Virus record (IMG/VR): IMGVR_UViG_3300045988_007281
Direction: 5' to 3' (one strand)
DNA length: 42,841 nt
Source: a virus
This document shows positions 6,780 through 13,496 of this stretch, in pieces. The translations under genes were made by a program, and so were the position numbers. Numbering within the stretch: position 1 is the first letter of the stretch; each line of letters begins with the position of its first letter. The notes beneath the pieces were generated by a model. It was not told the origin of the DNA. It did not search any database and saw nothing but the letters and a program-made list of their open reading frames with translations.

Positions 6780-7127
6780 ATGCTGGATAAAGCCGAGATC
6801 CGCAAGGAGATAGCGCGGCTGGAATATGAGGAATCCAGCTATCCCAATTATGCCAAACTGGCAGATCTTTATGTGATACGCGACAAGATGCAGGAAGAGG
6901 AGCGGGGCGACGGCGGTAGGTATGTGGGTTACTACTCCGGCGCTCCCGCCCCTGTGACCGCAGAACCGGCTACCGTGGGCGAGTACGGGGACAGTGAGTT
7001 TTTGCTTGCAGTAGCTGGGAAAGACCCGGCAAAGGCTTGGGCGGTCGTTGATGAACTTATGGACACATTATCGCTTGTGAACCGAAAAGTCTATGATTCT
7101 ATGCTTCGGAAAATAAAGTCCATGTAG
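6780..7127 (+). CDS. hypothetical protein (115 aa)
   Basis: AAGGGGG 7 nt upstream. Last + strand gene before attP. Confidence 0.6.
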   Translation: MLDKAEIRKEIARLEYEESSYPNYAKLADLYVIRDKMQEEERGDGGRYVGYYSGAPAPVTAEPATVGEYGDSEFLLAVAGKDPAKAWAVVDELMDTLSLVNRKVYDSMLRKIKSM

Positions 7128-7164
7128 CAAAAAATAGGGGAGTCCCCTCGCATTGCGCTGAATC

Positions 7165-7186
7165 TGTAGCATACAATGTAGCATAC
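7165..7186 (+). repeat. two tandem copies of TGTAGCATAC (candidate integrase arm-type sites, P arm)
   Basis: Exact 10-mers at 7165-7174 and 7177-7186. Confidence 0.6.
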
Positions 7187-7267
7187 GGAAAATAATTTTA
7201 TGTTACAGAGCGTGTCATAACTTGATCTTTTGCTTTTTGAAAATACGCAGAAAATAGGGTGAAAAGC

Positions 7268-7312
7268 ATAAAAAAGTACCGATTTTAGATTTAAAACATC
7301 TAAAATCGGTAC
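7268..7312 (-). terminator. terminator directly downstream of the tRNA-like 3' end (minus strand)
   Basis: Perfect 15-bp stem GTACCGATTTTAGAT/ATCTAAAATCGGTAC (7276-7312), followed on the minus strand by T6. Confidence 0.7.
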
Positions 7313-7314
7313 TT

Positions 7315-7379
7315 TGGCGCGGAAGGAGAGATTTGAACTCTCGCGCGCTTTTTAGACGCCTACTCCCTTAGCAGGGGAG
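7315..7379 (-). other. attP core candidate: 3' ~65 nt of tRNA-Ser(GCU), from anticodon arm to CCA
   Basis: Minus strand reads CTCCC-CTGCTAA-GGGAG, a long variable region, GAGAG-TTCAAAT-CTCTC, then CTTCCGC-G-CCA. No D arm or 5' acceptor strand upstream. Confidence 0.7.
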
Positions 7380-7426
7380 AAAAACCCATTGAAAACACTG
7401 GGGAAATTGGCGTTTGTAACATATTT

Positions 7427-7436
7427 TGTAGCATAC
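7427..7436 (+). repeat. third copy of TGTAGCATAC (P' arm), with a degenerate copy TGTAACATA at 7415-7423
   Basis: Exact 10-mer, same orientation as 7165-7186, on the other side of the core. Confidence 0.55.
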
Positions 7437-7441
7437 AGAAT

Positions 7442-8545
7442 TTACTCTGGCGAGTCGTTTTGCAACTGATTTACGGCATCGACCATGCCTTTCATGTCCG
7501 GATGTACGTACCGTTGGGTAGTGGTTATCTTCGTGTGGCGCATGATTTCCTTGATCGTAAACGGATCAATGTTTTTCATTGCGAGGGCTGTAGCGGTTGT
7601 ATGGCGGCATGAGTAAGGTGGTAGCTTTTGCACTCCGGCAAGCTCCAAACACTCATAATATCTCTTGTAAAAATTATCTTTGTTTATGCAGCAGATATTT
7701 CCGACGCGCGATTTGCTTTCTTCGCATAGTTCATGCAGCACCGGCGCAACGAAATCCGGGAAGACCATAGGCGTTTCCTTCCGCTTCTTTGTCTTTATGC
7801 CGCCTCGGACGATCTCATTCTTTTCAAAGTCAATCATATCTTTCTTGAGTTTTAGAAGCTCACCGGGCATCATGCCGGTATAAATCATCGTTAAAATAAA
7901 CCCAATGAAGTGGTCTTTTGCATACGCTTCCCATAGCTTTTTTACGTCGGTGTCGGTGAACGGCTCCGGCGTTTTTTCTTCAAGCTCCGGAAGCTTTATG
8001 TACTTTGCAAGATTCACGGTTGTTTGCTTTTCTGCGATTGCGAGGTTATAACAGTGGGAGAGGACAGTTTTCATATCTTTCCGCGTGTAATAGGTGCTGG
8101 CGTTGCGGTCGATAACATCCTGTATCTGCGCGATGGTAAGCGCGTCGATCTCACGGTCGGCGATTTCTCTCATGCGCTCGAATGCCTTTTCCGCCGCGCC
8201 CTGACGATCAGCCGATAAGGATAGATAATCCCCACGCAGATATGTTTTGTAGTATTCTCTGAGAGTGGGGCTTCGCTGCTCTTCCTTCGGAGGGTTTGCG
8301 GCATATTGGAGGGCGGTGCGCTTTGATGTAAACCCGCCTTTTGTTCGCATCTTTTGCCGAAGCTTGTCGTTCTCGTCTAGGTAAGTTCTTTCTGTCCAAC
8401 GCGCCGTCCACGTCTTCCCTCGCTGGTAAGCGCTTCCTTGCCCGTTCCCGCGCGTCCGGCTTCGCCGCGCTTCCTGTTTTTTCCCGCACCAGCAACAGTA
8501 GGGCGCGCCGTCTGGAATTTCTTTTTTACACTTGATGCACTCCAT
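7442..8545 (-). CDS. int: tyrosine recombinase (phage integrase) with an N-terminal zinc ribbon
   Basis: CIKCKKEIPDGAPYCCWCG at the N-terminus. C-terminal SCRHTTATAL..HTKITTTQRYVH (R..H-x-x-R..Y catalytic pattern). ATG 8545 preceded by GGAGG. Confidence 0.9.
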   Translation of the reverse strand: MECIKCKKEIPDGAPYCCWCGKKQEARRSRTRGNGQGSAYQRGKTWTARWTERTYLDENDKLRQKMRTKGGFTSKRTALQYAANPPKEEQRSPTLREYYKTYLRGDYLSLSADRQGAAEKAFERMREIADREIDALTIAQIQDVIDRNASTYYTRKDMKTVLSHCYNLAIAEKQTTVNLAKYIKLPELEEKTPEPFTDTDVKKLWEAYAKDHFIGFILTMIYTGMMPGELLKLKKDMIDFEKNEIVRGGIKTKKRKETPMVFPDFVAPVLHELCEESKSRVGNICCINKDNFYKRYYECLELAGVQKLPPYSCRHTTATALAMKNIDPFTIKEIMRHTKITTTQRYVHPDMKGMVDAVNQLQNDSPE

Positions 8546-9101
8546 GTTTCCCTCCACGTTCTTTTCGGATCGCGTAGAAAGTAATTGCCGAAGCCAGAAC
8601 TGAACCTACGATCAGGGCGATACACGCCCATGCGGTTACGGACAAGTCTCCATCTCGAATGAGGCCTGCGTTCCGACTCTGCGCATCCGTCACAAGACAG
8701 GCAACCAGGGAAAAGGAGAGCAGCAAACAAAATAGGGCGAGAACGTAACACATTGTATGTGTAGACCTTATCTGCGCGCTCTGTAGGGCTGCTGCTGCCT
8801 CCAGCTTGGCGTTTTCAAGCTCGACACGATGGATCTGCTTGGTCAGCTTTTCCGGGCTTCCGACGGGATTCTCAAGGCCGAACAGCTCGTCGAGCGACAG
8901 ACCAAGCGCTTTACATATTGCGGCCGAGTTATAAAGCCGTGGATCCGCTTGTGTTCCGGCATATAATCGGCTCACGGTGGAGAAGGAAACTCCGGACTTT
9001 TCCGACAGCTCCTCCAGCGTCATTCCGCTGCGATCTTTTGCATTTCTGATTTTCCCATGATACGCGCCGATAAACGGCGCGAGTTCCTGTATTGCGGACA
9101 T
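8526..9101 (-). CDS. membrane-anchored XRE-family HTH regulator (HTH + coiled coil + 2 TM)
   Basis: GGAGG 7 nt upstream of ATG 9101. MTLEELSEKSGVSFSTVSRLYAG HTH. TM stretches MCYVLALFCLLLSFSLVACLV and AWACIALIVGSVLASAITFYAI. The 3' end overlaps the int start by 20 nt. Confidence 0.7.
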   Translation of the reverse strand: MSAIQELAPFIGAYHGKIRNAKDRSGMTLEELSEKSGVSFSTVSRLYAGTQADPRLYNSAAICKALGLSLDELFGLENPVGSPEKLTKQIHRVELENAKLEAAAALQSAQIRSTHTMCYVLALFCLLLSFSLVACLVTDAQSRNAGLIRDGDLSVTAWACIALIVGSVLASAITFYAIRKERGGKHGVHQV

Positions 9102-9397
9102 TGGTGCGCCTCCAATCGCAGATTGTGTTGTTATTTCCTGCATTTTCCGTGTGAAAACGCAAACTATGAGAAGAAAACGCAAAACTCGGGCTTTTTTTAC
9201 AAACATTATCTGGTACAATGAAAACGTAGCAGATAGTTCCTGAGCCCTGCATCTGCTGAAATGGCCCCACCGTATGTTCCAGATACGATGGGGCCGGTCA
9301 AACCAAATATTATATCAAATCATCAGTCCCATAAACTGTACACCATTGTATTCCTGATTCCCAAAAATAACGCGGTCTGTTTGTTCATAATACCATG

Positions 9398-9425
9398 TTG
9401 ATTTTTAGAACAATCGTTCTATAAT
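9398..9425 (+). promoter_or_regulatory. promoter with palindrome in the spacer
   Basis: TTGATT, 16-nt spacer, TATAAT. AGAAC-AATC-GTTCT at 9407-9420 overlaps the spacer and -10. Confidence 0.65.
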
Positions 9426-9445
9426 AAATGACAGGAGGAAAAAAT

Positions 9446-9628
9446 ATGGAGTGCATCAACATCCGGGTAAACAACGGGAGGGTCGACGTGACGGTCGACG
9501 GCGCGAAGCTGACAGACGTGCACAGCGTCAGCGTGGACTACATCAAGGGCATTCCGCTCCTGTTTTCCTGCGTCGCGGACGTAGGCCGGGAGCAGGACGA
9601 GCGGCGGGAGCCACACGTACTGCATTGA
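9446..9628 (+). CDS. small protein (60 aa), function unknown
   Basis: GGAGG 7 nt upstream. GC-rich coding island in an AT-rich spacer. Converges on the 9635-10744 gene. Confidence 0.5.
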   Translation: MECINIRVNNGRVDVTVDGAKLTDVHSVSVDYIKGIPLLFSCVADVGREQDERREPHVLH

Positions 9629-9634
9629 TCTGAA

Positions 9635-10744
9635 TCATCTTGGATTGCAAGTGCCGCAAGCTCCGTATCCGGCGGCTATGGCGTCGTCAGAGGAATCGAA
9701 CCAGATTTCGTTTTCACTTAGTATCTTTTTGGCCCATCGGCAACTCGGTTTGTGGAATTTGTCGCTATCCTTGCTTGCGACGAATTTTCCAGCGGACTTA
9801 CCCTGAGAAGGATCTGGAAAAGTAGTTTCCACAGGTGTGTCTGCCTCGCTGACGTCGGAATTGACGTCAGAAGAGAGCACGTCGGGATTGACATCCTTTG
9901 AATTTGCTTCCTGCAAGAGATTGCCGGACTGATCTATAAAGCGGACATTGATATTATCAACCGGCTCACCCGTGCTGAAATAGTGGTACAGGCCGCCGCT
10001 CATATAAAATGCAAGAGCCATGATAGATTCCTGGAAGCTTACAGTGTCGGAAGACAGCGTGACGGTGAATTTTGTGTAGTCGTCTGCGGCGTCAATCGCG
10101 GTGACGTTCGGGTAGTCCTCAGAGCCTACCATATCGGCAAGGCTGCTGTCGATCTGCTCCGCCATATCCTGCATCAGCTTTTTGTGGCAGGCTTCCGTCA
10201 TAACGTACGTCACGGAGCCGTCCGCATTCAACGTGGCGGACTTGAAGCCGTCTGTCTGCGCGACTTTTGCATCAAGCTCCTCCTGCGTGGCGTTTTCACC
10301 TACGTAGTCGGACGGAATCGTGATTTCAACTGTTCCGCCGCTGAACAGCGTCCCGGAGTGCTTTTCCACATTGAAGGATTGCGAAGATTGTTCAGGTGCA
10401 TCCTGAGCAGTGGACTGTTCGGGCGTTTCCGGCGTCTGGGAAACCGCCTCCTGTGCCTGTGCGGGCGGCTGATCCGCCTGCTTAGGTTGCTTCGGAAAGA
10501 GCAAGATGCCGAGAGCGGCCAATACGGTGACTCCGATCAGAATAAAATTCCTCGAAGAGCCGGTTTTTCTCCTGTTTTTTGCGCCGCATACCTTGCAAAC
10601 GCGTTCACTGGCGTTGATCTGAGCACCGCAAGAGCGGCAGATCATCTTCCGGTTCGGCGTGTCACAGTGCGGGCAGAACTTCTCCCGTTCCGGGAACTCT
10701 GCCCCGCATCTTGGGCACTGCACAATATATTCATTTTTAGTCAT
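9635..10744 (-). CDS. double zinc-ribbon / single-TM / extracellular-domain protein with a C-terminal Cys/His metal-binding motif
   Basis: AAGGAG upstream of ATG 10744. CPRCG..CPHC and CRSCG..CKVCG. TM FILIGVTVLAALGILLF. P/Q/E-rich linker. C-terminal FHKPSCRWAKKI..AGYGACGTCNP. Confidence 0.7.
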   Translation of the reverse strand: MTKNEYIVQCPRCGAEFPEREKFCPHCDTPNRKMICRSCGAQINASERVCKVCGAKNRRKTGSSRNFILIGVTVLAALGILLFPKQPKQADQPPAQAQEAVSQTPETPEQSTAQDAPEQSSQSFNVEKHSGTLFSGGTVEITIPSDYVGENATQEELDAKVAQTDGFKSATLNADGSVTYVMTEACHKKLMQDMAEQIDSSLADMVGSEDYPNVTAIDAADDYTKFTVTLSSDTVSFQESIMALAFYMSGGLYHYFSTGEPVDNINVRFIDQSGNLLQEANSKDVNPDVLSSDVNSDVSEADTPVETTFPDPSQGKSAGKFVASKDSDKFHKPSCRWAKKILSENEIWFDSSDDAIAAGYGACGTCNPR

Positions 10745-10938
10745 CAATGCGGCACTCCTTATATGGTTTGTAAACAATTACATATTACCACTTAGAACCA
10801 GCAACCGCAATGTAGAAGCTGCACAAAAATAAACGTCGGAATTTGGAAGAATGGAGATAGGAGCTGAAATGAACAAAAAAGAAGCCGCGACAATCAAGGA
10901 ATTGGTGGAAACTATATCAAGATTCACGCCCGAAAAAC

Positions 10939-11274
10939 TCAATCTTTTTCTATCTGCTTCGCGAGATTTAATAGAGCGGATGCAAGCTCGGGACGATTCA
11001 TGCAAATCCGAATAATCTGCTGGATATCCTCCGGCAAGTCACGAATAAGCGCTTCGCCATCGGCGGGGCGCTCTTTTTTTATGCCTTTGCCCATCAGTTC
11101 TTCTACTGTTACGCCGAAGTAGTCGGCGATTTTTTGCGCATTTACGTCAGAGGGTTTTGTCTTCCGCGCTTTCCAACAGCTTATTGTTGATTTGTCAATT
11201 CCGAGTTCTCGGCCAACGTATGCAGGGGTTTTGTTTACAGAAGCGCAAAGCGCAACAAAGTTGTCATAAAACAC
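10939..11274 (-). CDS. CI-like XRE-family repressor (GTG start)
   Basis: KTPAYVGRELGIDKSTISCWKARKTKP HTH. AGAGGTG 7 nt upstream of GTG 11274. Faces the switch region. Confidence 0.75.
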   Translation of the reverse strand: MFYDNFVALCASVNKTPAYVGRELGIDKSTISCWKARKTKPSDVNAQKIADYFGVTVEELMGKGIKKERPADGEALIRDLPEDIQQIIRICMNRPELASALLNLAKQIEKD

Positions 11275-11320
11275 AATAATACACCTCTGGAATTGTTAAA
11301 TACGACGAAAGTTGAATTAG

Positions 11321-11328
11321 TTTGCAAA
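11321..11328. promoter_or_regulatory. operator candidate, palindrome TTTGCAAA (within AGTTTGCAAA)
   Basis: Perfect 8-bp palindrome 7 nt upstream of the -35 at 11335. Same 10-mer as 11381-11390. Confidence 0.5.
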
Positions 11329-11334
11329 TAGCGG

Positions 11335-11363
11335 TTGACAGTTGAGAATGTTTGATGTATTAT
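11335..11363 (+). promoter_or_regulatory. rightward promoter candidate
   Basis: TTGACA, 17-nt spacer, TATTAT. Confidence 0.6.
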
Positions 11364-11382
11364 TGCCTTGTGGTTGAAAAAG

Positions 11383-11390
11383 TTTGCAAA
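11383..11390. promoter_or_regulatory. operator candidate, second TTTGCAAA palindrome
   Basis: Identical AGTTTGCAAA 10-mer, about 20 nt downstream of the -10 at 11358-11363. Confidence 0.5.
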
Positions 11391-11718
11391 AGACAAGACC
11401 CAAGCAAATCAACGCTTGCGCCAATGCTAATGTGTTTCTCGCAAATTCATAGTAGCACAAACAGTAAACAATTTCAACAACAAATTTCAAAAGTTGACTG
11501 CGGCGAAAAGAAAAGCCGCCCGTGGTTCGTTCACGAGCGGTTTCCCCCAGAGTTGTTTACCAGAACGCGCTGCACAGGATGGTCGTCTGCATTACTTCGC
11601 ATCCGTCCGAATTGGTAGAGTTCTTTCCACCGGCTTGGCAATGCCATCCTGACACAAAACGAACTTACGCTTCTATGACGCGCCGCTCACTTTGGCAGTT
11701 CTGGCGCTGCCCCTTGCC

Positions 11719-11775
11719 CTAACGCATCACGCCGTTTCTTTGGTCTGGAACTGGCAAGTTCAAAAGTTTGGTCAT
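11719..11775 (-). CDS. 18-codon upstream/leader ORF (MTKLLNLPVPDQRNGVMR)
   Basis: AGGAGG 7 nt upstream of ATG 11775, about 35 nt downstream of the minus-strand promoter at 11815-11844. Stops at TAG 11719-11721. Confidence 0.35.
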   Translation of the reverse strand: MTKLLNLPVPDQRNGVMR

Positions 11776-11814
11776 GACAACCACCTCCTGAATTTACCTA
11801 AAAGGGCTAATGGC

Positions 11815-11844
11815 AGTATAGCACGTCCGGGGCGTTGCAGTCAA
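11815..11844 (-). promoter_or_regulatory. leftward promoter candidate
   Basis: Minus strand reads TTGACT, 18-nt spacer, TATACT, with a TGC immediately 5' of the -10 (extended -10-like). Confidence 0.6.
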
Positions 11845-11871
11845 CAATTTTAACAGAATGGAGGTGTGTAT

Positions 11872-12072
11872 ATGCCTGAAAAATGGACAGGCGTACTGAT
11901 CGGGAAAATGCACAATGCGCGTGTTTCATACGACGATCTTGCCGCAGAGCTTGGACTTACAAAAGGCTATCTGTCCTTGATCTTGAACGGGAAAAGAAAT
12001 CCGCCGGGTGCGAGGAAGCGCTTGGAAGGCGCGGTTAAGGCCGTCATCGAACGAAGAAAGGAGGAAAAATGA
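11872..12072 (+). CDS. Cro-like small HTH protein
   Basis: GGAGG 7 nt upstream of ATG 11872. SYDDLAAELGLTKGYLSLILNGKRNP. Confidence 0.7.
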   Translation: MPEKWTGVLIGKMHNARVSYDDLAAELGLTKGYLSLILNGKRNPPGARKRLEGAVKAVIERRKEEK

Positions 12073-12269
12073 CGCTGGACGATATCCGGGCAATGTCGAA
12101 GCCAACGATCCTAGCAAGCGAAGCGGCGCAGGTGCTCGGCTGCGACCCGCAATGGCTTCGCTTGATGGCGAGGGAACAGCCTGAAAAGCTGGGCTTCCCG
12201 GTCTGCTGCACAAGCAAGCACAGAGTGAAGATCCCGAGAGAGCCGTTTTTGCGGTTTCTCGGAGCATGA
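12069..12269 (+). CDS. excisionase-family/MerR-like HTH protein
   Basis: ATGA coupling. ILASEAAQVLGCDPQWLRLMAR..VKIPREPFLRFL pattern. Confidence 0.55.
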   Translation: MTLDDIRAMSKPTILASEAAQVLGCDPQWLRLMAREQPEKLGFPVCCTSKHRVKIPREPFLRFLGA

Positions 12270-12325
12270 GGAGGAACAAATGAAAGTTAGAACTGCCGGG
12301 AACAGGAACAGAAGGAGGATGCAGC

Positions 12326-12541
12326 ATGGCGGAAGTGAAGACCTACACCCTGACGCTGGATGCGCAGGAGCTGCATGATCTGATCGAGGCGGTGCTGGTC
12401 TGCGAGTGCCAGGCAGCGCAGATCATTAACGGACTCAAGCGAAAGGGACTGGATCTGGACGCGCAGAAGCTCGTGACACAAAACGCCCGTCTGGCGCGTC
12501 TCGTCAGGCGGATGCAGGAGACGAAGGAGGACGCAGAATGA
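12326..12541 (+). CDS. hypothetical protein (71 aa)
   Basis: AAGGAGG 7 nt upstream. ATGA coupling to the next gene. Confidence 0.55.
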   Translation: MAEVKTYTLTLDAQELHDLIEAVLVCECQAAQIINGLKRKGLDLDAQKLVTQNARLARLVRRMQETKEDAE

Positions 12542-12783
12542 GAACCAATCTTGCAGAGCGGCTCGGGTATGAGCCGGAGGAAACGACTGAGGAACGCCGG
12601 GAACGGCTGCGGGAGGAATTAGAGGCCCGCAAGGCGGCGCGGCGGATCGTCAAAGGAATGTGCCTTTGGGTCAGCGGCGCAGCGATGATCCTGTCAGCAA
12701 TGGCAGGGACGGCCGAAATGACGTATGAATGCGTCCTGACCGGCACGGTCGCACTGGCAGCGCTGCTGTACGGGCTGGCATGA
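12538..12783 (+). CDS. hypothetical protein with a hydrophobic C-terminal half (81 aa)
   Basis: Translationally coupled. LWVSGAAMILSAMAG..TGTVALAALLYGLA. Confidence 0.5.
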   Translation: MRTNLAERLGYEPEETTEERRERLREELEARKAARRIVKGMCLWVSGAAMILSAMAGTAEMTYECVLTGTVALAALLYGLA

Positions 12784-12953
12784 CGGAAGCGGATCTGCTG
12801 AAGACTCCCTGCGAGATCTGCAGAGAGCGCGGGCTATGGCGCTCCGGCTGCACCACAGACGGCCGATTCTCCTGCGGCATCTATTGGGAAATCCTGTTTG
12901 AGCAATGGGACGCGACCTGCAAGCTTATCCGAGAGCGCACGAAAAAGAAATGA
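12780..12953 (+). CDS. small Cys-containing protein (57 aa)
   Basis: ATGA overlap with the upstream gene. Internal ATG of the 12729 ORF. Confidence 0.45.
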   Translation: MTEADLLKTPCEICRERGLWRSGCTTDGRFSCGIYWEILFEQWDATCKLIRERTKKK

Positions 12954-13029
12954 CCCCTGCCGCGCGGCAACGCGACAGAGGCCGAAAGGAAAACGATTGT
13001 CGCCCTCATTATAGGGCAGAAAGGAACCT

Positions 13030-13371
13030 ATGTCAAGTTTAACGGATTCCCGCGTTCGACATGGTGCGAAAGCCTGTGTCGAGGCGGTTCGGGCCGACTA
13101 CCCGAAGTTCAACAAATGCCTGCTTTCTCAGTGCGAAGCGCCGGAGAAATACGGCGTGCAGCTTGTTCCGGAGGCAGCCGCGGCGATCAAGGCGCTGGAC
13201 GCGCCCAAGAACCGCAGCGATAAGCGCCGGAAGGTGAACCGGTATTATTTCCGCCTGACGGACGAGCAGGCCAAGAAGCTGGACAGGCTTCTGAAAAAGC
13301 TGGGCTATTCTACGGTTCAGAGCTTCTGTGAAGCGCTAATTCGCCAGGAGGTGAGTCGTAATGGCATATGA
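13030..13371 (+). CDS. hypothetical protein (113 aa), basic with an RHH-like C-terminus
   Basis: AAAGGA upstream. ..YYFRLTDEQAKKLDRLLKKLGYSTVQSFCEALIRQE. Confidence 0.55.
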   Translation: MSSLTDSRVRHGAKACVEAVRADYPKFNKCLLSQCEAPEKYGVQLVPEAAAAIKALDAPKNRSDKRRKVNRYYFRLTDEQAKKLDRLLKKLGYSTVQSFCEALIRQEVSRNGI

Positions 13372-13495
13372 CGGCGAAAACCTGTACTTGAGCATTCCGG
13401 AGCCGGAATACGAGCCGGACGAGCCGGAGGACGAAGACCGTTATTTGTTCCCGCCGCTGTGGCTGGTGGGAAAGATGAAACAGGAGGAAGGATAA
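13361..13495 (+). CDS. small acidic protein (44 aa)
   Basis: GGAGG 9 nt upstream. Ends 1 nt before the ATPase start. Below the ORF-track size cutoff. Confidence 0.4.
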   Translation: MAYDGENLYLSIPEPEYEPDEPEDEDRYLFPPLWLVGKMKQEEG

Positions 13496-13496
13496 A

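Noticed and set aside
7136-7148. Small hairpin AGGGG-AGT-CCCCT after gene 6780-7127, with an A-run upstream.
   Set aside because: The stem is only 5 bp with a 3-nt loop. It would act as a terminator only on the minus strand (T-run). This is too marginal to annotate.
7315-7379. Possible complete tRNA gene.
   Set aside because: Only the anticodon arm through the CCA can be folded. The sequence 5' of it (GGGTTTTT and beyond) has no D arm or complementary acceptor strand, so it is an att-site fragment, not a functional tRNA.
10869-11015. 48-codon + strand ORF (MNKKEAATIKELVETISRF..) with a GGAG-type SD in the spacer after the Zn-ribbon gene.
   Set aside because: Its last 77 nt run antisense through the C-terminus of the CI-like XRE gene, whose own C-terminal sequence looks genuine. 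It cannot be distinguished from chance without expression data. It may still be worth checking as a small antisense gene.
11352-11722. Track ORFs 11352-11618 and 11522-11722 (+) inside the switch region.
   Set aside because: No SD. One starts at GTG directly after a GC hairpin. The translations are W/R/C/P-rich and implausible. The region is treated as non-coding RNA or regulatory DNA instead.
12280-12378. 32-codon ORF (MKVRTAGNRNRRRMQHGG..) with AGGAGG 5 nt upstream.
   Set aside because: It overlaps, out of frame, the start of the better-supported 12326-12541 gene, and the peptide is Arg-rich nonsense-like. The SD may be fortuitous.
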